Shown piece after piece: positions 49,701 to 60,565 of a stretch of 64,000 nt of DNA; position 1 is the stretch's first letter; every line of letters begins with the position of its first letter. The position numbers and the translations under genes were made by a program. The stretch is from Vitrella brassicaformis CCMP3155 (taxonomy: Eukaryota > Protista > Chromerida): the NCBI GenBank assembly GCA_001179505.1, contig CDMY01000402.1, positions 21,792-85,791 of the forward strand, written 5' to 3'. The notes under the pieces are model-generated. The model was given only the letters and a program-made list of their open reading frames with translations. It made no database searches and was not told the DNA's origin.

Positions 49701-50921
49701 CGATCTGCGGGAGGACCACACCATCAAAACAAACACGGTTCTGAGGGCGAAGGTGATCCAGATACACCTCGGAAACGACTTCGGGGCAACCGTACAGGTG
49801 TGAGCGGCCACAGGAAGCGGCTGAATCCCTTTTCTCTTCCACTGGCCGATGTCGTGTGTTTGCAGATCCAGGCAATGGAGAGCTGCACTTCACTCGCGAC
49901 GTCCCACCTGCTTGGCCCGGAGTGCCTGCCACCGGCGAGCGTCGGTGTCGACAGCCCTTCCCTGTCTGCCGGGGAGGCAGCGATGCTCGTCCGCGGAAGG
50001 GATGGCGATTTCTGCCTCATCATCGGCTCGTGGAAGGGCATCATACAACCCAAGAACAAAGGTATGTAGTAAAGAGAAAAAATAGACACACACACGGGGC
50101 GCAGGCAGGATCATTCCCCTCTCTGTTTGTTGGGTCGTGGGATGCATGCAGGCGAGTTGCCCGACCCCGGTCGGTTGGGCGTCCGTGTGTTCCTGGTCGG
50201 TGCGCGCAAGCCCTTCGAGCCGCGCATCGAGCGTGACGCGCCCCCTGGCGGCTCCCGCAGCGGCACCCCGTCCAACATTATGCGCCTCCGCCCCAACCTG
50301 CGTGAGTCTGACATGATGGGCAGCCCCCACGGCCGTGAGGTGCCCGTGTGGCAGCCATCGGTCCTCAACATCGCCCGCAACTTCAAGGATCTCATGACGT
50401 GGTACGTCCAATTTGGCGAGGCGAGAGTGCGCTATGGGCTGGCGAGGGGGGAGGTGTCGCATGAGGGCGATGACGGAGCGGTGGATCAGTTTCACGCGGA
50501 ACTGGTGGCTGTGGGGTACAGCCTGTCACTGCTGACTGTGCTGCTCTGCCCCGTGGTCCCCCCGCCATCGGCCAGCACGTCCCCTGAGCTGCCAGCCGGG
50601 AGCATTTTCTACAACCTCACAAACCTAGAAGTGGGTGACGTCTCCACGCTCACGACTCCACACATACACAGAGAGGCGGCCATGCACACACGTGTGTGTG
50701 TGTGTGTGTGTGTGCAGTGGTGTCTATCAGTCGGATCGAGGCCACACGCGCAAGTGAATCCGCGGGAGAGGGAGCGCGTCTTGTCCAATGCAGACGGTGT
50801 GGATGTGGGGTGTGGGGACCCGCTCAGCGCCCTCTGTGCCAGCGGGGTGATGGTCAAGGAGGTCGAGTGGCGGCCGGGGGCGCCTGTCCAGCTGGCGTGC
50901 GGCAGGGGCGGCACTGAGTGA
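46709..50921 (+). CDS. Glycine-rich domain-containing protein (GRDP/DUF1399-like) with N-terminal MGC acylation motif and a PUB-like insert; 3' end may run into the gap
   Basis: AIR|RYIECWLPLL...APLDIEW|VWHCHLLEP and a second repeat RQKTFAYQ|V.LPHY.D..FL...VYRY..YL.IKK...LILPTY.IDLVWQTHMMFP.RY..D, both GRDP-type repeats. The C-terminal AMLVRGRDGDFCLIIGSWKG also fits. Confidence 0.82.
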
Positions 50922-50941
50922 CCGATTCATGGATGGCTGGC

Positions 50942-51241
50942 NNNNNNNNNNNNNNNNNNNNNNNNNNNNNNNNNNNNNNNNNNNNNNNNNNNNNNNNNNN
51001 NNNNNNNNNNNNNNNNNNNNNNNNNNNNNNNNNNNNNNNNNNNNNNNNNNNNNNNNNNNNNNNNNNNNNNNNNNNNNNNNNNNNNNNNNNNNNNNNNNNN
51101 NNNNNNNNNNNNNNNNNNNNNNNNNNNNNNNNNNNNNNNNNNNNNNNNNNNNNNNNNNNNNNNNNNNNNNNNNNNNNNNNNNNNNNNNNNNNNNNNNNNN
51201 NNNNNNNNNNNNNNNNNNNNNNNNNNNNNNNNNNNNNNNNN
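50942..51241. other. Scaffold gap (300 N)
   Basis: Run of N. Confidence 1.
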
Positions 51242-51823
51242 GGGGTGGGTGAGGGATCGATCTCAGATCTGGCCCTTTATCTGTGCGTGGTGTACAGCAG
51301 CTAGCATTGATTAGCTAGTGCATTCGTTGGTGGCCTGCCATGTCCCCCACGTATGTCGGGTCGGTGTCTCTTTATCCGTTCGTTCGTCGACTCCTTTATC
51401 GATCGCACTGCATGTCTGTCTGTCTGTCGGTCTGTCTGTCTGTATGTATATCTCCCCCCTGTGTGTAGATGTGAGACGGCATCTGGATGGATGGATGGAT
51501 AGGCATGTGTGTGCGTGTGCGTGTGCGTGTGCGTGTGAGTTTGTGTAGAGTGGTTTTTCCTACTACATCCACACATGCATGTAAGCGACCGATGTGCGGT
51601 ACTGGGCTTTGCCAGCGCGATGGATGCGATGCCTTCCTGACACGTGCATGACCCTTGAGCCACAATATTCAATAACATTGAACCCCCATCGCTTCAGACG
51701 TCCTCGGTCAGGCAGTCAGTCTTTCGCTTTGCCCTTCACCTCCCATCACTACCAAAAGAAACCCGCCAAAAGAAAGCACGCCGGCAGCCGTCCCTGCCTC
51801 TCTGTTTCGACTTGACCCGTGAA

Positions 51824-54800
51824 TTAGGCGAGTATCTCTGGGATTTCTTTGACTGAGTTGAGCCAGCAGTCGGGCGCATCGGGGAAATGCTTGATGTGCT
51901 CCACCTGGTGCACCCCAGACAGCACCAGGATCTTCTTGATGTTGTAGCTGGCACCGGCAGCAATGTCTGTGCTCAAGTTGTCGCCTGCATCCATCCATCC
52001 ATCCATCCATCCACACATCGACCCGTACGTGCAGGTGAAGCAGACGGGATGTGATGCCAGCTGTCCACCAAGCCAGCCACCTTTCCACCCACTTACGTAC
52101 CGATCATGGCGAGGTTCTCCTTTTTCAGCGTGAGGTCGAGGCCCATCTCGCCCATCTGCTTCTGCAACAACTCGTGTCCTGCATGCAGCGTGAATCGAAT
52201 CGATGATTGCAGCCCGCATCCATGAGACACCAACCAACACACAGCACACAACCTACCGGCTGCCATGATAAACCTGTCGCCGATATTGCCGCCCTTGCCG
52301 ACATTGAAAACACGACCGTGGGAGTTGGGGTAGGTGGACTTCTGCAGGAAGGCCTCGAGGGCACCCGTGGAGTACAAGTGCTGTATGACGGTCGGGAAAG
52401 CCTGACAGGGATTGGAGCGCGGGTGAGAGGGGGCAAACACGGCCGATGGATGCAATGCATTGTCGCGTGTCTCGTGTGTACCGCCTGCTTTGCTGACCTT
52501 CTGAGTCTCATGTGTGTCGAGGGTGTCGCAGTTGGCCACAATGAGCTTGGCACTATATGAAGGAAGCCAAGGAAGGAGGAAGAGACATGACATGGGTGAG
52601 TGCTTCCTTCGTGGTCAAAGTCTCGAGTTCCCGTGTCTCTGCACGCACGCACCCGTTTAGGAGGAATTTGTGCATGTGTCGGTGTATGCGACGTCCAGCA
52701 ATCTGAGCAAAGCACTGACTCTTTTTCATGTTTGCTCTGATGAAATTGGTGGCCCTGCCCTTGTTTTCGGCCCTTGTTTGCCCTTGCACGCGTATGTATG
52801 TGACGATGTACACGACATCCATCTGGGTGTGAGTGAGTGAGTGAGGGTGTTTGTCGGTCGGTCTGTGTGTCAGGTGGCTTGAGGCACAGAAATTACCTGA
52901 GAAACATTTGTACATCGTCACAGCATGTGGAGTGTGACGGCAGCACGACCACCGCTTCAGCCGTGCTCACCCACGATCCATCCAGCCAAGCACACACACA
53001 GGCTCGGTCCTACACTTCCTCATCTTCCTCGTCACTACTCAAAGCCTCATGCTCACTCTCATTGACGTCCACGGCCGTGCACCCCTCCACACACCATCCG
53101 CCTGGCCGACAACTCGCAAACCAGGAGCGCCATCTCGTCCCTCCCCCACGCACTTCTCTCCGCTCAGGCACCTTCGGCAGGTCTTCCAGCTGCCCAGGGA
53201 GGAACCGGATGCCACATCCCTCCTTCCCAAGCAGATCACGGCCGTCGCGACGCGCGACTGCGGGACGCCGGTGACGGGCGCCACTCCGTGGGCAGCGCAT
53301 CTCCATCTTGATCTGGAAATGCGTGCCGACGCCGTCATTCTTGAAGCCGTGCAGAAAGGCGCCCTCTCGGCATTGGTCCAGCTCTTCACAGTGTCGGCCT
53401 TGATGAGCGGCCCCAGGTCGATCTCGACAGAGTCTTTCGACTTGCCCGGCGCGTCGCACCACTCCTTCCCCAGCACCCGCATCAGTGTGTTGTTCCGTCG
53501 ATTCACCCACGGCTTCGTCGTGTCGAGTGCGTGGTGTATAAACCTCCCCCTCCACCGCAGTCCGGCCGCAGTCACGTCGAGCCTGACGAAGGGGTAATTG
53601 GTCGCGAACAGCTCACGGGCCTCTCTCGTGCTTGTCGAGTCGGTGGCCAAGCCGAACAGCCCGATGACGTGTCGGCCGTAGGGGTACCTCGCGAGCTCTC
53701 TCTAACACACCATCACCACAAGAGACAAACATCACTGATTGCAAGTTTGGCCCCTTGAGCACTTACGCGTTGTAAGTCGAAGCTGTCGTGGGTGTCTGGG
53801 GAGATGGCCCACGCATTGTGGTAGCGTGTCGGTGTGTCGGTAGACGAATGCCGGCCCAGGAGGTGGCGGTCGTGAGGTGCTGGTGAGCATGGACAAGGGC
53901 GGTTATGAGGTGGGGGTGAAGGGGCCGCTGGTGGCGAGCTGTCCACGTGACGTGGGTGGGGTTGCGGATCGGCTGGAGGGCTGGCAGAGTGCATGTCGTT
54001 GAGCAGATTAGTGGAGAGACCCTGGTAGCCTGCACATACACACATTGTTGCGTACATGTGCGTATGAATGTGTATGTGTGTGTGTATGTGTGTGTGTGTG
54101 TGTGTGCCACTGGCTGCCTCGGTTGGGGTCAACTGGGTCCTCCCCGATGTCGTTGGGAAAAGACGTGCAGAGGAACAGATAGAAGAGGTCAGGGTACATC
54201 TGATGCGGGGTGGGACGCAACGTCAATCCATGCAGGTCCGTCCAGTCCGTGTCTTGCGTGTGTACGAAAAGACCTTAGCGCCGAGGCTCCACCAGTTGAG
54301 CTCGTCGAGAGAAATATGGGTGCCTGAAGGTTGGAGAGATCCAGCCACAGAAATACACCCGCCGGGTGTATCTCGATTGCAGGAGCCTGCTTACGGATGT
54401 AGAGAGTGTCTAGCTTCTCCTTGGGGACGTACTGGTTGATCTGCCTCACGCAGTTGTCCTTGGTTTTGCCAAAACTCTCCGAATGAATGACTGCCCAGAT
54501 ATGAGCGCCCTCGGGGATCTACACGTTCACATGCATTGTCACCAGCATCATTTGCCGGCCGGCACCAGTCGCCTGTGCGTTCATGTCATGTGTGCGCCTC
54601 TCTTGCTTCCTCGTTGACGTATTTGGCAATGGCACTTGCTGGGGGAAGCGTGACATATACAGACACAGACACACAAACAGACACACAGACAGACGAACTG
54701 ACCGACACATCAGACTGGCTGACAGACTAACAGACTGACTGACACAAAACACAGAACACAGACACACACATCAGACCCGCAGTATAGACATTAGATTCGA

Positions 54801-55951
54801 TTCGCCCGGAGGGGGATTGAGGCGGTAGGCATCAGACTTAAACTTCGCGATCACCCCTGCAGGAATGATTTGGTCCACACACATTCTCATGCGCCGGTTT
54901 TGTCCATCCACTTGCCCCTTTTTCTGTCTCCGAAACAAGCCAGGGCCTACCTGCGCCGCCTTTGGCGGGAGTATTGCTTAGATACACGTACCCCTGCGCA
55001 AAGCGGGCACAGACAGACACACACACATACGCAAGGCACGTCGCACGGTGCGGGGAAAGGAAAACTGACCGGCACTTCGCCAACCTACCTTCTTCTTCTG
55101 GATGAGCCACGTGTGGAAGGACTGGGCCCCCTCGATGAGATGGCCTGCATGCATCACGAGGGAGCACTCGACAACGCATAGTCTATGAGTCGTCAACGTA
55201 TACGTACAGACGTACCTGGCACGTACATCGTCCCATCGAGATCTATGAGCCAGCCCTGAAAAGCCGCACACACCACAGGAAATGCGACAATGGTTGCATG
55301 GCGGGCTGTCCTGATGAACTGATGTTGTGTCGCACGTTAATCTGTTCCAGGTCCCCCCGCGTGCATTTCTGAATCGCGGCGGCCTCGTGGTGGTGGTGGT
55401 GGTGGTGGTGGTGATGGTGGATGTCGCAAGATGAAGAACCCTCGCACGGATCTTCAGAAGCCTGGAAGAACTCTGCCAACATACAGAGGAGACATGTCAT
55501 TTATGTGCATCGGTAACTGCCAGATGAGATCTCACCGTGCGCCCGAGGGCCTGCAAGAACAAACAACAAACGAGCGCATTTGCGTTGCAGTTTGTAGCCG
55601 AAGGGCTGCCGTGGTGCACATACCGAAGACGCCCGCCGGTATGCCTTCTCCCTCATCGAGGATTGTACCATTCAGAGGCAGTCGGAGGAACGACGGAACC
55701 ACGTCATGGATGGATTTGGAATTGGCATGGCCGCTCCAAGGGGGAACGATGCCGAGGATGCCGAGGAGGGCCAACACAATCATCGCAATCGCCGCACAAA
55801 AGAAAGTGTCCAAGAAGAAATTTACACGTCTGGCGACGTTCCTTTTGCCTGCCTTCCCTGCTTGATAATGGCTTTTCTCATCTTGTTTTTCATGTTGTCC
55901 GTCCTCAGCTAAAGTGGGGTCTGTGAGGTGGTTTCTCGTGTCGGTACGCAT
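51824..55951 (-). pseudogene. HAD-IIA (NagD/pNPPase-like) phosphatase paralog A: type II membrane anchor and His10 tract, disrupted by a frameshift and a 1.3-kb insertion
   Basis: Spliced path MRTD...FFCAAIAMIVLALLGILGIVPPW...VF|GPRAH|EFF...H10EAAAIQKCTRGDLEQIN|GWLIDLDGTMYVP|GHLIEGA...|GYVYLSNTPAKG...NVGKGG...LAMI|GDNLSTDIAAG...ILVLSGV. HAD motifs I-IV are present. Lesions at 54794-54803 and 52678-53988. Confidence 0.85.
52678..53988 (-). mobile_element. TIR-less 1311-bp insertion flanked by an 8-bp direct repeat (GTGCATGT), carrying a degenerate foreign gene fragment
   Basis: GTGCATGT occurs at 52670-52677 and 53989-53996. Removing the insert plus one repeat restores GYQGLSTNLLNDMHKFLLNGAKLIVANCD, which aligns without gaps to paralog B. 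No transposase or TIR is visible, so the mechanism is unproven. Confidence 0.7.
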
Positions 55952-57769
55952 GAGGTTTCGCTGCACAAAGCCGCCGGCAACATCACCACGGTTCACAAGG
56001 ATGTCGGTCCGGGGCTCACCGTCGACGTGTCGGTGGCCATCAACACAGGCGCCACACAAGGCCCCAGTGGTGCAACGGCAGCTGGGAGCAGCGGGTCCAT
56101 CGAGAAGTGCACCAAGAAGCACCTTGCTGGTCTGGAAGGCTACCTCATCGACCTAGACGGCACCATGTACGAGCCGGGTATGGAACAAGATCCACACACA
56201 GAAGGCTTACCATCGCATCTGCACTGCAACAGATGATGTCTGCATGCACGTTTTTTCTCACAGGCCGTCTTTTGCCGGGCGCACAGGAATTCTACAGCTG
56301 GTACGGATGACGGGAAGGGGTGGGATGGATGGATGGTGCATAAAGCTGGCATCAAGTGATGGATCAGTCTGAATCGGTGTGGCGTGCAGGTTGCGATACG
56401 AACAAGGCGTACGCATTCGTCACCAACTCCCAGTGAGACAAAAAGGCCACAGGCAACTGTTTGGCATCCACCGATCCCCACGCAATCCCGCTTTCTGCAG
56501 GGAAAAGGGCCCCGAGGGTGTCCAAGCTAAGTCCGACAGCAAGAAGTACAAGATGACCCCCCAAGTTGGCCTGGTCCACGTGTACACGGCAGCCCAGAGC
56601 CTCGGCGTTTATCTTGAGCGTCACGCACCAAAGGGGGCCAAGATCTGGGTGGTCGGCGGTGCCAGCCACTACAAGGACACTACAGACTCGTGCTTCATGT
56701 AAGTCAGCAAGCAACGGAGCTACTTGAGGCGGCCGCTCATTCGTTCATGGATGTACATTCACCCTGTGCGTTCAGCCAAATCAAGAAGACCGTCAAGCCC
56801 GAGCTTTACAGCACCTGGGAGATTCGGACCAACCTTCCCGACGAGGACTTCTACCGGTTCGCGTCGTGCGCCCAGAAGAACGAGGACAAGGTTTTCGTCG
56901 CCCTGTGCAGCGACACACCCAACGACAAACTCAAGGAGGACCCTGTCACACACGAATCGGGCACGTACACACACCCAGTCGCCCATATTGTAGGCCATGC
57001 ACCCGTCTGTGCGCGCTTCTGATTCAGGGTACTCCGACTGGAGCTACCACCTGCTGTCGCGCATAACGCAGCTGATGCTGAACAAGGCGACCCTCGTCAA
57101 CGCATGCATCGACCCGCTTGCATCCGACCAGCCCCACGGCGACGTCATCATGCATGTGCCCAGCTGTGGCGCCTTTGAACATTTCTTCAAGTTCGCCACA
57201 TTCCCGTTCGGCAAGATTGTCAACACCGGCAAGGGCGGCGGGCTCCCCATCATCCTCGAAGAGGGTGAGCGAGTGAGTGAGGGAGGGAGGGAGGCACGCA
57301 AGCATGACGGAGCTCCACTGGATTGCCTGGGTTTTGTTGCGTGTGTGGATGGATGAATGCAGCCCACAAGAAGCTGAAGCTCCAGCCGGCAGCCAAGAGT
57401 CTCAAGTTGGGCAAAGACAACCTCGCGATGGTCGGCGACGTGCCCGCCACTGGTACATATGCACTGCACTACACAAATGCAAAGAACTGCCCAACTCCAC
57501 GTCTCTTCATCTTTTCCCGTCTTGCCTTTTTGTTTGAGCAGATATGCAGGCCGCCGAAGACTACGGCATCCGATCCATCTTTGTGCTGTCGGGCGCCACC
57601 ACGCTCGAACAAGCCGCCAAATGGAAGGTAAGGTAGATCCGTACACACATTGCCGTCGTTGATTGCGCGTCATGACCTCTCTCTCTTTCTGTCTGCGTAT
57701 GTGTGTGTGCAGGTGCGCCCCACCTGCTATCTGGACGACGTGGGGAAGATTGGCGGGGTGGCCGAGTGA
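55706..57769 (+). pseudogene. HAD-IIA phosphatase paralog B, with an in-frame TAA near the 5' end and an apparent frameshift
   Basis: EKCTKKHLAGLEGYLIDLDGTMYEP|GRLLPGAQEFYSW|...KAYAFVTNS...NTGKGG...LAMVGDVPAT|DMQAA..YGIRSIFVLSG...PTCYLDDV. TAA at 55910-55912 and a frame break at ~56394-56397. The true start is unresolved. Confidence 0.8.
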
Positions 57770-57968
57770 CGATGGGAGACTGTTGTTCCGTTTATTCCTT
57801 CCATCATCGACTCACACATCCATGCATGGGACGGGCATCCTCCTTCACACTCATGTGTTCAGTGACGGACACCTTTCATTTCAACGGCCATGACCAGTCC
57901 TGCTGTTGTGTCGAATGACCGACAACTGTATGAGCACACAAACACGTATACATACGTATACATAACAG

Positions 57969-59232
57969 ATGTCAACCAAAAAGAGTGAATCAACCAACAG
58001 CTGGAGAGACAGGCATCGATCATGTCGCGGCAGCCTCAGCGTGTGTCTCGCACCACCAGGCATCTCCCGTCGACCATCTCGCCACCACCTGCCAAACAAA
58101 GCAAAGGCAAGGACAAACCATTCAACACCTTCTGCCGGTGAGATTGGCACAGACAAACACAGACACAAACACAAATGAACGATGTTCGGCTGGTCACTTT
58201 ATGTATGCGTATATATGTGCAGGGGGATCGGAGTGGCAAGACATCGCCTCAGACCACAGCAGCCGTCACGTCGCCATCTCTCGTCGCCGAGCCAGCAATG
58301 GTCGATGAGCCCCCCTCACCCTCACCCTCACTCTCGCACCTCACCGACACAGAGCAGCCAACAGACGGAGAGGACTCGCCCATCGACACAGACCATCGTG
58401 TGTCGGAGGACACCGGCTGCTTCCTGTCGTACTTGCTGGACGAGAACAAGGCCCTCAGAGCGCAGCTCGACACATACGAGGCCGAGACAGAAACAAAGAT
58501 AGACAGGCAGGCAGACAGCCAGAGCTCACACCAACCAAATGACTGTCTGTCTGTGTCTTTAGCGTTGAGCGTGAGTACAGTGCCCTCTTGTCAGAGGCCC
58601 AAGGCGAACTCTCACGGATCGCAGTCAGCCAGCCAGAATGAATCAATCACCAGACACACGCAGCAGAGACATGGCAGCGTCATGTGTGTGAGAGGTCGTG
58701 ACTTCCTTCTTGGTTGATGTGTGCAGGCAGAGAGAGACGCGCTGTCTCGCGAGCTGAGCCGTGAAAAGGACACGACAGAAGAGCTCACCCTCCAGTTGTC
58801 GAAGCTCAAGGAGGTCAGGTCACAACCACACACCTTCGTGTATGCGTCTCGCTGTCTCTGTCTTTGTGTCAGTCTGCTGCTGCGAGTGCGAGTGCGAGTG
58901 CGAGTGTGTCTTCTCACGTGCGGCATCCCGAGGTGTTTCCCATGGCTGATGACGACACAGACACACAGGACGGCACATCAACATCGTGGGAGCAGTCCTT
59001 CGACCAAGCAATCGCAGCATCGACCAGCCCCACACCACAGCAGCAGCAGCGGCCGAATGGCCAAAGGAGTGATCACGGCTTGCGTGTGAGTGAGTTGCTC
59101 GACTATGCTCACGCGGCTGCGGCAGTGCAGACGGACAAGACAGCGGCGGAGTGGTGTGATGTCGTGATGCGCTACACTATGGCGTGTGTGTGCTTTGTGG
59201 TGGGGCTGGCAGTGCTGTTGGTGCACTCATGA
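57969..59232 (+). CDS. Hypothetical coiled-coil protein with a C-terminal hydrophobic helix (tail-anchored-like)
   Basis: Exons ...TPSA|GDRSG...YLLDENKALRAQLDTYE|AERDALSRELSREKDTTEELTLQLSKLKE|...; C-terminus VVMRYTMACVCFVVGLAVLLVHS*. Confidence 0.5.
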
Positions 59233-60505
59233 GCTGTGACCACTCAATGGATGAATCGAAGGGCTCCTGCCGTGTGGCATACAGACACGGATTGTCTCTC
59301 TAAACTACAAACATATGTGCCCATCCATCCATAGGTCAATCACACCCTCACAGCCACTCACGACTCATAGAGAGCATACACGCATACTGCTGCCATGCTG
59401 CCAACCCACACTCGGGGCCCTCAACGCATGCTCACGCGTGAATGAAGTCCGCACGACTGTGTCAGGGGCAGCCGCCTGCTGCTGCTGCTGGGGGCTTGTG
59501 ATGATGGTGCGCTCGAGCAACACCCCCTTGAATGAAAGTACCAATGGCACAAGGTGAGAGGGAGGGAGGGAGACATGCAGAACAAGGATGGCCGTCTGAC
59601 TTTTATGCGTGTCTGCAGTGGTTGGACATGGTTTGGTGCGATGGAGCGATGAGACTTGCCGGAAGGGCAAGACCGGCCGTCAGTCGAATGTGCTCATTGT
59701 TGGATGTGTTGTATATCGGCTTGACAGCACATCATGCTTACGTCAACACACGACATGTTCATGATCACGGAGCACCTATGCAGGGCCTCTTGTACATACC
59801 TCATACGAGCACACGTATCTGATCCCTATGCAAAACATCGTGATCCCTGTAAGCCTCTTCACGGCCTGATTGCGATCTGCACATATCAAGGCATACACAT
59901 ACATATTAACACAGGACGCCGATGCCTCTCCACGTTTCCGCTTGACCCACCTTCAATTGCCTTCCGGTCCCGTCGCTGTAGTTTATCTCCCTCGCCGAGT
60001 CAGCCTCTGTGGTCGTGAGACATGCAGACGTCTCCGTGTGTGCGTGCACAGGTGCACCTCTTCTCACCTTGCTCCTCGCTGTCTCCATCCTCACGCACAT
60101 ATCCGTCCAGGCAGGCCGGGAGTGGCATGTTTTTCATTTTGTTCTCGACCTCTCGTGTCAACTTCTCCATGTCTGATGCGATCGATCGAGGACAAAACGG
60201 CGGTAGACGCGTTGAGAGATGTGTGGGCTGGCCGGCTTACCGCCTTCTTGTGCGAATGCGTTCAGTATGGGGTTGTTCTGCAGCGACTCCGCCACGCCTC
60301 TGACCCCAAGCACGCGAACTCGCGGCCGCAAATCCACTGCAACGATAGAGAGACATCAAATATCGAATTCAATTAAAGCCAGCCAGAATCATTACCCCCA
60401 TGCGAATGGCTCCCTTGTTCAGTTGCTGGACACATAAAAGGAAGAGACACACAGGGATCCGAATGAATGACCAGTCTTTCGTCTTCCCTTACTATTTGTC
60501 TTCGA

Positions 60506-60565
60506 CGGCTGCTGCTTGTCCGGCTGCTGCTTGTCCGGCTGCTGCTTGTCCGGCTGCTGCTTGTC
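60506..60565. repeat. 15-bp minisatellite x4 (cggctgctgcttgtc)
   Basis: Four exact copies; reads DKQQP repeats on the minus strand. Confidence 0.95.
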
